Assembly (NCBI GenBank): GCA_963741955.1
Contig: CAVUKB010000007.1
Location: 704,001-768,000 of the forward strand
From: an uncultured Acidobacteriota bacterium
GTDB taxonomy: Bacteria; Acidobacteriota; Thermoanaerobaculia; Gp7-AA8
Reading direction: 5' to 3'
DNA: 64,000 nt
This document shows positions 1 to 8,816 of this stretch, piece after piece. Each line of letters starts with the position of its first letter. The first letter of the stretch is position 1. The notes below the pieces were generated by a model. That model was not told the origin of the DNA. It saw only the letters and a program-made list of their open reading frames with translations, and did not search any database. A program made the position numbers and the translations under genes.

Positions 1-2714
1 CCGTGTGCGGTGGTCCGGGATCCGGCCGGATAGGAGAAGTACAGCGTGGCCTGCACCGTCGCTGGCGCGCCCGCGGTCTCGATCAGCGCGAAGTTCGTGC
101 GCAACGAGCCGGGCTTCTGCTTCTGGATCGATTCGATCGACGAATCATCGATGCCGCCGATGCGCTGCACCTGGCCGATCCTGAGGCTTCCCGAAAGGGG
201 GAGCGTCGCGACGCCGGTTCCGTACGATGCAGGGTTTCCCGCTGCGCTGGTGAACGTTCGGCTGGTTACGTGGAAGTCGCCGGAATCGGGAGTGAAGACG
301 AGATAGCCGAGGGAGTCGCCGCTGACGCCGAACACGGTGGTGATCACGTCGTCGTACACCGCGGTCTGCCCGGCTCCCACCGTCACGCGCCTGTCGTACA
401 TCTCGCCGCTCCGGGTGTAATAGCGAAGGGTCCCCGTGGCAATCGCGTTGGAGGCGTTCATCAGCGACAGATCGGTGCGGAAGAAGGTCTGGTTCGCGCC
501 ATGCACCGAGCCGGCGACGGGAATCAGCATCGGAGCGGTGCCGGAGAACCCGAGCTGGCGGTTCCAGTCCACCACGGACCAGAAGTCGCGGCTGGCCGAA
601 TCGTTGGGTGTGGCGTACGCCGAGAACGCGCCGGTGGAGTCGCCGGTGGCGGTCATCGTGGCGCTCACCGCGCCCGCGGGCACTTCGTTGATCACCTGAA
701 CGCTCTGGAAGGGGCCGAGCTGGTCGGTGCGTCCTCCCACCGGACTTCCGTTCGTGTCGAAGAACTCCGTCGCCACCGAAACGTTCCCCCCGCGGGTTTC
801 CTGCAGGAAGAGATTGGTGTGGAAGTTCGCGTCCTGTCGCAGGCCGGCGAGGTCGAGCGACTGGCCGGGCTCGGCGCTCCGATCCGAACGGAGGACCGGG
901 ATCGTCGTTCCGTACGTTCCCTTCGGATCGCTCACATTGAGTATGTTCGCATTCAGGGTGAGAGTGCGTGGATCGCTCACGCGCACCTGAAGACTTCCGA
1001 CGTCGTTCGGGTTTCCGAAGACCGATCTGACCACGTCCGCGAGTGCGACCGGCTGCCGCGGAGCGATTCCGCTGACCTTCGTCACCAGGGCCGACGAAGC
1101 CGTGCTCGCCCGTCCCGTGTAGTAGAGATTCACATCTCCGGTCGTGGAGCTGTCGGAGAGATTGATCACCGAGACGTCGGAGAGAAAGAGCCCCGTGCTT
1201 CCGAGAACGTGCCCGACGCCGGGGAGAAAGAGGGCCACCTCTCCAGTTTTGAGAGGTGGAAGGGAGGTACTCGACACCGACGGCCTGGATGTGTCGACCA
1301 CGGTCACCGTTGCGAGGCCGGACGGAACGGTGCCGGCAAGGCGGAGCGCCGCGTCCGAGAGCTTGCCAGCGCTCGTGCTCCGGAACGCGAGCCCCAGCTC
1401 GCCGCTGAGGGATCCGACGTCGGCGGAGCCGCCCGGCCGCTTCGACCGGTCGATGGTGAAGGAGACGCTCTTCGATGCGCCGGGCGCGATCTCGACCAGC
1501 GCAGCGTCCGGAATGATCCAGGGGACGCTGGAGAGAGCGATTCCGGTCAGCGTCGCCGCTCCGGTGTTTCTGAACGAGACCGATCCGCTCGGGTTGGTTC
1601 CGGTCGCGGCAACCACGTCGACGCGACTCGACTCTCCTGCGGCGGAGGTGGGCCCGGACGGAGCCGGCGTCGCCAGCAGACGCACCGGAACGGACAGCCC
1701 CGACGGGACTCCGGCGCCCGCCGGAGTCGAGGTTCCGTCGTATCGCCCCGCCGCCACCGGGTTCCCGGTGATCGTGACCACCTGACTCGCCCCCGGTGCG
1801 AGCGTGAAGCTCGTCGGGGATTGCGAAAAGAAGCTCCCCTGCTGCGAAACGGTGATGGTGGTCGACCCTCCGCCGTTGTTGGTCAGCACGTAGCTCGTCG
1901 TCGCACCTCCCGACTGGACGTCCTGGACCAGCGCCGCGGGAAGTGAGGAGACGGCAACCGCCGGCGACGTATCGACTTCGACCGTCGTCGTCGCGGTCGT
2001 GCTCCCGCTCCCGATTGCGGTGAGCGTGTACGTTGTCGTCGACGCCGGCGAGACCTGGAGCGACCCGCTGGCGGGGCCGCTCCCGACGCCGTTGTCGATG
2101 TCGACCGAGCTGGCGTTGACCGTCGACCAGAGAAGCGTGGTGCTCTGACCGGTCCGGATGCGGAGCGGCGTTGCCGAGAACTGCAGGATCTCGGGAGCGG
2201 TACTGGAGGAGGTCCGCGTCAACACGAACGATCCCGTTCCGAGACTCGGATCGTTGATCGAGCCGCTCATCGTCGCACCCGTTACGGTGGCCGAGAACGC
2301 TCCGCCGACGAACTGCAACGATGCCTGATCGACGGCGAAGAGATAGCCGGAGATGTTCGGAGCGTTTCCCTGGATCGCGATGCTCCCCTGGAGCGTCGTG
2401 GTTCCGGAGACGGTACACGTCGCGTCGCTGTTCCGGATCACTTTCGCCACTCCCTCGAACTTCGCCGGCCCGGCGTAGTCGTACTGGGGATCGTCGATCG
2501 GAGAGATGTCGAGCGTCACCTTCGCGGACTGCGTGACGCCGTTCAGATTCGAGCACTGCGGCGTCGTGGACGCCATGTCGAGGCTTCCCGTCCAGTGGCC
2601 GACGAGCGGATCGGTTGCTGCCGCGAGGGGGCCTGCTCCTGCCGCGACGCCGAAGAGGAGAAGAAACGAGACGCGGAGCGTTTGCAGCGCGAGCGAGTAC
2701 GGTCGTCGAGACAT
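1..2714 (-). CDS. Large secreted Ig-like/beta-sandwich repeat surface protein (partial, runs off left edge)
   Basis: Not in the ORF track because it has no stop in the window. ATG at 2714 with GGAGG RBS. Manual translation: MSRRPYSLALQTLRVSFLLLFGVAAGAG (signal peptide)...ILQFSATPLRIRTGQSTTLLWSTVNASSVDID (PKD/Ig-like)...LFLPGVGHVLGSTGLFLSDVSVIN...MLIPVAGSVHGANQTFFRTDLSLMN. The + strand ORF 3..1946 is its antisense shadow. Confidence 0.85.
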   Translation of the reverse strand, partial: MSRRPYSLALQTLRVSFLLLFGVAAGAGPLAAATDPLVGHWTGSLDMASTTPQCSNLNGVTQSAKVTLDISPIDDPQYDYAGPAKFEGVAKVIRNSDATCTVSGTTTLQGSIAIQGNAPNISGYLFAVDQASLQFVGGAFSATVTGATMSGSINDPSLGTGSFVLTRTSSSTAPEILQFSATPLRIRTGQSTTLLWSTVNASSVDIDNGVGSGPASGSLQVSPASTTTYTLTAIGSGSTTATTTVEVDTSPAVAVSSLPAALVQDVQSGGATTSYVLTNNGGGSTTITVSQQGSFFSQSPTSFTLAPGASQVVTITGNPVAAGRYDGTSTPAGAGVPSGLSVPVRLLATPAPSGPTSAAGESSRVDVVAATGTNPSGSVSFRNTGAATLTGIALSSVPWIIPDAALVEIAPGASKSVSFTIDRSKRPGGSADVGSLSGELGLAFRSTSAGKLSDAALRLAGTVPSGLATVTVVDTSRPSVSSTSLPPLKTGEVALFLPGVGHVLGSTGLFLSDVSVINLSDSSTTGDVNLYYTGRASTASSALVTKVSGIAPRQPVALADVVRSVFGNPNDVGSLQVRVSDPRTLTLNANILNVSDPKGTYGTTIPVLRSDRSAEPGQSLDLAGLRQDANFHTNLFLQETRGGNVSVATEFFDTNGSPVGGRTDQLGPFQSVQVINEVPAGAVSATMTATGDSTGAFSAYATPNDSASRDFWSVVDWNRQLGFSGTAPMLIPVAGSVHGANQTFFRTDLSLMNASNAIATGTLRYYTRSGEMYDRRVTVGAGQTAVYDDVITTVFGVSGDSLGYLVFTPDSGDFHVTSRTFTSAAGNPASYGTGVATLPLSGSLRIGQVQRIGGIDDSSIESIQKQKPGSLRTNFALIETAGAPATVQATLYFSYPAGSRTTAH

Positions 2715-2924
2715 CGATGTCCTCCAGAGAATGGTGGGTGATCCGCAGATTTTCCCGGTAAATCCATGCTAACGCGTTCACCGGTGCGGCTTCAACGGGA
2801 CCGGCTCACTCGACCGGGCTGCGGGCGAGAGGAGTTTGCGCGGCAGAAATGTTTGAAGCGTGGAAAGCGGAGCAGCGACGGTTTCTATCGCGCAGACTCC
2901 TGGGTGAGGCGGGTCGGGGAAGAT

Positions 2925-2998
2925 TGGCTGGGAGACAGGGAGTCGAACCCCGATTCACTGGTCCAGAGCCAGTTGTCCTACCATTGAACGATCTCCCA
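2925..2998 (-). tRNA. tRNA-Gln(CTG)
   Basis: Reverse complement TGGGAGATCGTTCAATGGTAGGACAACTGGCTCTGGACCAGTGAATCGGGGTTCGACTCCCTGTCTCCCAGCCA: cloverleaf, CTG anticodon, TTCGA T-loop, encoded CCA. Confidence 0.97.
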
Positions 2999-3017
2999 GC
3001 ACTCCGAACGGGGGGGA

Positions 3018-3047
3018 ATGCTACACGGCAGCAAACGGCACGGTCAA
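3018..3047 (-). promoter_or_regulatory. Putative sigma70 promoter of tRNA-Gln
   Basis: TTGACC-18 bp-TAGCAT on the minus strand about 20 bp upstream of the tRNA. Confidence 0.55.
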
Positions 3048-3105
3048 GAGTGGAATTCCCACTTTCAGGGCCTGTTTTCATGCGCGACTCGGAGGATCCG
3101 CCAAC

Positions 3106-3435
3106 GTGCTCCCGGAAGTGTTCGAATGTCCGAAGTGCCAGCGCCAGTTCGTCGTCGAGATGGTCGACGATGCGCCGGAGCACTCCATCTACTGCCCGCA
3201 GTGCAAGCAGTATCTGGGAGAAAAGGACGTCCACTTCATCCTCCGCTCCGAGATCGAAGAGCTCTCCGAGCGTCTCCGCTTCGAGCGCGACCGGCTCGAG
3301 CGGGACGAGGCACTCTACACCATGACCGAGTGCGACCCCGAGCTCCGGATGTTCGGCTCCGAGGTGCACAAGGTCGTGGCGATCCTCCGGCGGGCGATCC
3401 GGGAGCTCGAAGTCCTGAAGAGCGATTTCGAGTAA
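3106..3435 (+). CDS. Small zinc-ribbon/coiled-coil hypothetical protein
   Basis: GGAGG RBS and GTG start; CPKC...CPQC followed by a helical charged C-terminus. Confidence 0.75.
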   Translation: MLPEVFECPKCQRQFVVEMVDDAPEHSIYCPQCKQYLGEKDVHFILRSEIEELSERLRFERDRLERDEALYTMTECDPELRMFGSEVHKVVAILRRAIRELEVLKSDFE

Positions 3436-3444
3436 GGCCCCGAA

Positions 3445-3645
3445 GGATTTCGAATTTCGGATTTGTGACGGCGGACGAATCGCGCTCCGCCTGATCGGGG
3501 GTGGTCACGACGCAGCTCGGTCTGCCGCGCCGGATCGATCCGATTCCCGTTCGAAATCCGAAATTCGAGATCATCCTCGATCCCCGATTCTCGATTCTCG
3601 ACCTCGATCCTCGACCTCGATCCTCGATCCACGATCCACGATCCC
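3445..3645. repeat. Heptamer repeat tract and inverted heptamer pair
   Basis: GGATTTCGAATTTCGGATTT (3445-3464) is inverted to AAATCCGAAATTCGA (3554-3568); then tandem (CCTCGAT/TCTCGAT/CCACGAT)n at about 3573-3643. Confidence 0.8.
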
Positions 3646-3664
3646 CCTGCTATTCTTGGCTCCG

Positions 3665-4855
3665 ATGCCACGCGCCATCGTCTCTCCGTTCGCCGGGCTT
3701 CTCGTCGCGGACTTCTCGCGCGTCCTCGCCGGGCCGCTCTGCACGATGCTCCTCGCCGATGCGGGCGCACGGGTGATCAAGATCGAGGAGCCGCGGGGCG
3801 ACGAGACGCGGCGCTGGGGGCCGCCGTTCGCCGGGGAAGAGAGCGCGTACTTCCTCGCGCTCAACCGAAACAAGGAGTCGATCGCTCTCGACCTGAAGAC
3901 GAGAGAGGGGCGCGAGGTCGCGCGGCGGCTGGTCGCGAAGGCCGACGTCGTGGTGGAGAATTTCCGGTCGCCGCAGAAGAAGGCGTTCGGACTGACGCCG
4001 CGAGCGATACGCCGAATCAATCCGCGCGCGGTGATCTGCTCGATCGTCGGGTTCGAGCAGGACGGGCCGGACGCGGATCTTCCCGGATACGACCTCCTCG
4101 CGCAGGCGGCGGGAGGGCTGATGGCGATCACCGGACCGGCGGCCGGCGAGCCGTCGAAGGTGGGTGTCGCGCTCTCGGATGTGCTGACCGCGCACTACGC
4201 GTACGGCGCGATCGCGTCGTCGCTCTTCGCGCGCGAGCGGACGGGGCGTGGTGCCGCGCTCGAGATCTCGCTCCTCGGCGCGACGGTGGCGTCACTGGTC
4301 AATGTCGCCCAGGGGTATCTGGTCACCGGGAAGGAACCGAAGCGGTGGGGGAACGCGCACCCGTCGATCGTTCCGTATCAGGCGTTCAGGGCGAAGGATC
4401 GTACGTTCGTTCTCGCCGCGGGGACGGACCGGCATTTTGCGGCGCTCGCGGAAAACGTCATCGGACGGCCGGAGCTCGCGACGGACCGGCGGTTCGCGAC
4501 GAATGCGGCGCGGGTGGAGCATCGACGTGCGCTGGTGAAGATTCTCGAAGAGATTTTCGTCACCTCGCCGGCGCGGAGCTGGGTACGCCGCTGCCGGAAG
4601 GAAGGAATTCCGGCCTCGCTGGTGGAAGGATTCGGGGAGATCTTTTCCGGATCCGCGGCGGGGCTGCTGCAGACGGTCGTGCATCCGACCGCTGGAGCGC
4701 TGCGGCTGGTGGGGAATCCGGTGCGGCGCGACGGGAAGCGGACGCCGGTTCGGAGCGCGCCGCCGCTGCTCGGCGGACAGACGAGGAAGATTCTCCGCGA
4801 ACTGGGCTATGCGGCGGGCGAGATTCGAGGGCTGCGCGAGAGCGGCGTGGTGTGA
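3665..4855 (+). CDS. CoA transferase family III (CaiB/BaiF)
   Basis: DFSRVLAGP, LADAGARVIKIE, NRNKESIALDLK, DVVVENF and GNAHPSIVPY motifs. Confidence 0.93.
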   Translation: MPRAIVSPFAGLLVADFSRVLAGPLCTMLLADAGARVIKIEEPRGDETRRWGPPFAGEESAYFLALNRNKESIALDLKTREGREVARRLVAKADVVVENFRSPQKKAFGLTPRAIRRINPRAVICSIVGFEQDGPDADLPGYDLLAQAAGGLMAITGPAAGEPSKVGVALSDVLTAHYAYGAIASSLFARERTGRGAALEISLLGATVASLVNVAQGYLVTGKEPKRWGNAHPSIVPYQAFRAKDRTFVLAAGTDRHFAALAENVIGRPELATDRRFATNAARVEHRRALVKILEEIFVTSPARSWVRRCRKEGIPASLVEGFGEIFSGSAAGLLQTVVHPTAGALRLVGNPVRRDGKRTPVRSAPPLLGGQTRKILRELGYAAGEIRGLRESGVV

Positions 4856-5026
4856 GGTGGTGCGACCGTCCCGGTCGCACTGAGGGGCGGATGTTTATTC
4901 TGTTTCTGGCTGTTATCTCTGAATTTTATTCTCTTTTTGCAGGAACCGCAGAATAATCTGCGCTGGAACGGCGCCTTTTGAGAACTTTATTCTCGTCTTG
5001 CTGGAGCGGTCGTCTCTGGGAACTGT

Positions 5027-5130
5027 CCAGGAGTCTGCTGCGTTGCGCCCGGCTTCGGCTCCTCGACATAGTCACCACGATGCCTTCGTTGCCGAAGCCG
5101 GGCGCGCCTTGCACCGCGCAGACTCCTGGG
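5027..5130. mobile_element. MITE-like element (core shared with 15218 and 19590 copies)
   Basis: Ends CCAGGAGTCTGC...GCAGACTCCTGG are inverted; internal GCGTTGCGCCCGGCTTCGGCTCCTCGACATAGTCACCACGATGCCTTCGTTGCCGAAGCCGGGCGCGCCTTGCA matches the other copies. Confidence 0.7.
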
Positions 5131-5151
5131 CGGCTCGCTGCGCTCGCGGTT

Positions 5152-5225
5152 GCGACCGAGACGGTCGCACCACCCGACGACCGAGACGGTCGCACCACCC
5201 GACGATCGACACAGTCGCACCACCG
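5152..5225. repeat. Tandem palindromic ~25-bp repeat (REP-like)
   Basis: CGACCGAGACGGTCGCACCACCCGA twice plus a degenerate third copy; an inverted related copy GGTGGTGCGACCGTCCCGGTCGCAC lies at about 4857-4880. Confidence 0.7.
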
Positions 5226-5249
5226 GGCGGCCTGCGGTCGCCATGGAGG

Positions 5250-6632
5250 TCAGGCGTAGCCGGCGGGCTCGGGCTCGTAGTCGAAGAACTTCGTCAGTTC
5301 GTTGCGGAAGACGAGCTTGAAGTCACCGATCGGACCGTTCCTCTGCTTGGAGATGATGATCTCGGCGATCCCCTTGTCCTCGGTGTCCTTGTTGTAGACC
5401 TCATCCCGGTAGATGAAGAAGACGAGGTCCGCGTCCTGTTCGATCGAACCGGACTCGCGGAGGTCGGCGAGTTGTGGACGATGGTCGCCGGTGCGTTGTT
5501 CCGGCCGGCGCGAGAGCTGCGAGAGCGACAGGAGCGGAACGTTGAGCTCCTTGGCGATGGCCTTGAGGCCGCGGGAGATCTGGGAGATCTCCTGGTTCCG
5601 CGACTCGACTCTTCCCCCGCCGTGCATCAGCTGGAGGTAGTCGACCATCAACATGTCGAGTCCATGCTCGCGCTGGAGGCGTCGTGCCTTGGCGCGCATC
5701 TCCACGATGTCGAGGCTGGCGGTGTCGTCGATGAAGATCGGGGCGCGTGCGATCCGCGCCGAGGCCTCGGCGAGGTCGCGCCAATTCTTCTCCGAGAGCA
5801 TCCCGGAGCGGATCAGGTGACTGGCCACCCCCGATCCGGAGGAGAGGATACGGAGACCGAGCTGCTCACGCGACATTTCGAGGGAGAAGATCCCGATGTT
5901 GTAGAGCCGTTCCTGCGTCTTGACTTTGTCGGGGATGGCGATCGCCTCTGCGATGTTGAGCATCAGCGAGGTCTTTCCCATCGACGGGCGGGCGGCGAGG
6001 ATCACCAGATCCTGCGGCTGGAATCCGGACGTGAACTCGTTGAAGCGGTCGAACCCCGTCGGGACGCCGGTGATCAGGCCTCCCGCCTGGTGGAGCTTTT
6101 CGATCGACTCCATGTTCCGGTGGGTGATCCGGTTGAGCGGCTCGAAACCGGTCACCAGGTTCTGCTCGGCGATCTCGTGAAGCTTCTTCTCCGCCTCGCT
6201 GAGGACGTCGGTGGGTTCGCCGGAGCTCTCGAACGCGGAGCGGATGACGTGATTCCCCATCAGAATGAGCCGGCGGAGGACCGACTTTTCCTTCACGATC
6301 CCCGCATAGCGCTCGACGTTCCCGATGTCGGGAATCGCGTCGACGAGCGAGCCGATGTACGCGGCGCCGCCGACCTGGTCGAGGTGCTGCCGTTTTCCGA
6401 GCTCTTCCTTCAGAGTGAGGAGGTCGATCGCGCGACTCTGTCCGGCGAGGTTGAGCATCGCCGCGAAGATGGTCCGGTGGGCGTCCTTGTAGAAGTCGTC
6501 CGTCTGGATGGTGGAGAGGACGCGATCGAGTGCCTGGTTGTCGATCAGAATCGAGCCGAGCACCGAGCGCTCCGCCTCCGGATTCTGGGGGAGCGGTTTG
6601 TCGATCGAGAATTCAACAGGGGATGCACTCAT
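5250..6632 (-). CDS. dnaB: Replicative DNA helicase
   Basis: PQNPEAERSVLG N-terminus, AARPSMGKT Walker A, VDYLQL, LSQLSR, LRESGSIEQDAD, KQRNGP. Confidence 0.98.
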   Translation of the reverse strand: MSASPVEFSIDKPLPQNPEAERSVLGSILIDNQALDRVLSTIQTDDFYKDAHRTIFAAMLNLAGQSRAIDLLTLKEELGKRQHLDQVGGAAYIGSLVDAIPDIGNVERYAGIVKEKSVLRRLILMGNHVIRSAFESSGEPTDVLSEAEKKLHEIAEQNLVTGFEPLNRITHRNMESIEKLHQAGGLITGVPTGFDRFNEFTSGFQPQDLVILAARPSMGKTSLMLNIAEAIAIPDKVKTQERLYNIGIFSLEMSREQLGLRILSSGSGVASHLIRSGMLSEKNWRDLAEASARIARAPIFIDDTASLDIVEMRAKARRLQREHGLDMLMVDYLQLMHGGGRVESRNQEISQISRGLKAIAKELNVPLLSLSQLSRRPEQRTGDHRPQLADLRESGSIEQDADLVFFIYRDEVYNKDTEDKGIAEIIISKQRNGPIGDFKLVFRNELTKFFDYEPEPAGYA

Positions 6633-6873
6633 GGTCGTTACGGATGTCGAATCATAGCGGAGTCTCGAGGAGTGGTCGCGCAATCTCTTTCGAATGAGAC
6701 GGCAACGCTCTTGACAGAGAAGAGCGGAGGAGCCGGGCGCTGGTTCGGAATGGTGGGGCGGGAGAGCGCTGTTCCACTCGCCGGCGCATCACGTGACTTC
6801 CGGGAGGTCGGTGCGTCTAAAGGTCGAATCGGCGGCGACTCGTCGCCTCGCCTGAATGATGCCCTCTGGAGGA

Positions 6874-7791
6874 ATGATGAGACGGTCTGGTGTTCTGTTT
6901 TTTGTAATCCTGCTGTCGGTGGGAACGCTCTTCGCCGCCGATGCGAAAACCGAGTCGGCTGAGAAGACGGCCCCGAAGATCGTCGCGGTGATCAACGGGG
7001 AGACTCTGACTGCGGACGAGTTCAATCGTCAGTGGATGCGTCTCACTCCCACCCTGAGGGAAAACTACGAGAGAAACGGCGGGAAGCTCCAGTTTCTCGA
7101 TACCTACATCCGGAAGCGTCTGCTGGTCCAGGAGGCGCTGAAGCACAACTTCGACAAGCGTCCCGACGTGGCGTACGAGATGAAGTCGGCAGCCGAAGGG
7201 GCGCTCTTCGACCAGTACGTCAAGGACGTGGTGGCGGCGAACGTGGTCACCGAGGCGGATGAGAAGGCGTATTACGAGAAGAACAAGGCCGAATTCCAGT
7301 ATCCGGCGATGATCAAGGCCCGCCACATCATCATCACCCCGCAGATGGGCGCGGTGGTGAACACGACCAGGAGCGACGCGAAGTCGAAGGCGGAGGCGGA
7401 GAAAGAGATCAACGAGCTCCGGAAGCAGCTGGACGGAACGGTGGCCAATTTCTCGGATCTCGCATCGAAGTACTCCGAAGATGGCTCGGCTTCATCGGGT
7501 GGAGACCTCGGCTGGATTCCGAGGGGGAAGATGGTTCCCGAATTCGAAAAGGTGGCCTTCTCTCTCGAGAAGGGGCAGATCAGCGAGCCGTTCGAGACGC
7601 AGTTCGGCTACCACATCGTAATGGTCGAGGACAAGAAGCCAGCCGGGGTTCATTCGTTCGACGAAGTGAAGGATCAGATCCGGGAGAAGCTCCTCGCGGA
7701 GCACGCGGACAAGATCATGGCCGCGGTGAGCGAGTTGATGCGCGACCTCCGGAAAGAGAGCTCGATCACGATCTACCGCGAAAACCTGTAG
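6874..7791 (+). CDS. Parvulin-type peptidyl-prolyl isomerase (PrsA/SurA-like foldase)
   Basis: Signal peptide; ARHIII, FSDLASKYSED, GGDLGW, MVPEFEKVAFSL, QFGYHIV. Confidence 0.92.
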   Translation: MMRRSGVLFFVILLSVGTLFAADAKTESAEKTAPKIVAVINGETLTADEFNRQWMRLTPTLRENYERNGGKLQFLDTYIRKRLLVQEALKHNFDKRPDVAYEMKSAAEGALFDQYVKDVVAANVVTEADEKAYYEKNKAEFQYPAMIKARHIIITPQMGAVVNTTRSDAKSKAEAEKEINELRKQLDGTVANFSDLASKYSEDGSASSGGDLGWIPRGKMVPEFEKVAFSLEKGQISEPFETQFGYHIVMVEDKKPAGVHSFDEVKDQIREKLLAEHADKIMAAVSELMRDLRKESSITIYRENL

Positions 7792-8145
7792 CCCGGTTGA
7801 AGGGTATCGATTCGAAAAGGCGCGCTGCGGCGCGCCTTTCTGCGTTTCAGGCGGAGTGCCACGGGCGCGACCTCGCGCATTTCCGCATTGTCCATGGTCG
7901 CGGAGAACCCGCCGCCCGGCCTCCATCGGCAGAAACGTTCGAGGCGTGCGGCGGTGGCTGCTCGCCGGGAATCCGAACGGATCCGGACCGCTGATCGCCT
8001 CTGCAGCAGGAGTGTTTCTGCCTCGCGGGCTCGTGCCGCTCGCCGTTTCGATCGAGGTTACGGATTTCGTCGTTCGGGGGGATCGAAGACGAGTGGTATC
8101 GCATTCGCATTTTTTCCGGGCGGCCCCAACGTATAATCCGGAGAG

Positions 8146-8805
8146 ATGGCTTTCCTGAAAGCGACGGGGCTTTCGAAGAGTTACCGGAACGCGGAAGTTC
8201 CTGTGGAAGTTTTCGACGCGCTCGACCTCGAGCTGGAAGAGGGAGAGATGCTCGCAGTCGTTGGTCCATCGGGAGTGGGCAAGTCGACGCTCCTCCATCT
8301 GCTCGGAGGCCTCGACCGTCCCGATTCGGGAGCTCTCCGAATCGATGGAGAGGAGCTGACGGGGATGACCAACGACGACCTGGCGCGATTCCGGAACCGC
8401 AATATCGGGTTCGTGTTCCAGTTCCATCATCTGCTGCCCGAGTTCACCGCGATCGAGAACGTGGCGATGCCCGGCTGGATTGGAAGAATCGAAAAATCGG
8501 CCGCGTTGCAGAAAGCGTCGAGCCTGCTGGGTGAGCTCGGTCTCTCGGAGCGGGTCCGGCATTTTCCGAATCAGCTTTCGGGAGGCGAGCAGCAGAGAGT
8601 TGCGATCGCCCGTGCGCTTCTTCCGGACCCGGTTCTGTTCCTGGCGGACGAGCCGACCGGAAATCTCGACACGGAAACGAGTGAACGAGTATTCGAGTTG
8701 ATGAGGGAGTGTCATTCAAAACGCCGACTGACATCGATTATCGTGACCCACAATCGGGAGCTGGCATCCCGTTGCGACAGGGTGTTCGAGATGACGCACC
8801 GGTGA
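8146..8805 (+). CDS. lolD: Lipoprotein-releasing ABC transporter ATP-binding protein
   Basis: [47 protein letters not shown]. Confidence 0.9.
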   Translation: MAFLKATGLSKSYRNAEVPVEVFDALDLELEEGEMLAVVGPSGVGKSTLLHLLGGLDRPDSGALRIDGEELTGMTNDDLARFRNRNIGFVFQFHHLLPEFTAIENVAMPGWIGRIEKSAALQKASSLLGELGLSERVRHFPNQLSGGEQQRVAIARALLPDPVLFLADEPTGNLDTETSERVFELMRECHSKRRLTSIIVTHNRELASRCDRVFEMTHR

Positions 8806-8816
8806 CCAGGTAGACC

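Noticed and set aside
3-1946. 647-aa plus-strand ORF and other long shadow ORFs (e.g. 4998..6962, 11432..13867, 20925..22460, 31112..32917, 44808..47072, 50943..52412, 61171..62601)
   Set aside because: Antisense to well-supported genes; expected in high-GC DNA; no motifs.
2800-3100. tRNA-anchored prophage or integrative element
   Set aside because: No integrase and no duplicated tRNA 3' end seen in the window.
4890-5010. AT-rich patch as replication origin near dnaB
   Set aside because: No DnaA boxes (TTATCCACA) seen and dnaA is not nearby.
7797-8130. Small ORFs between the PPIase and lolD
   Set aside because: No RBS, motifs or coding-like composition that I can support.
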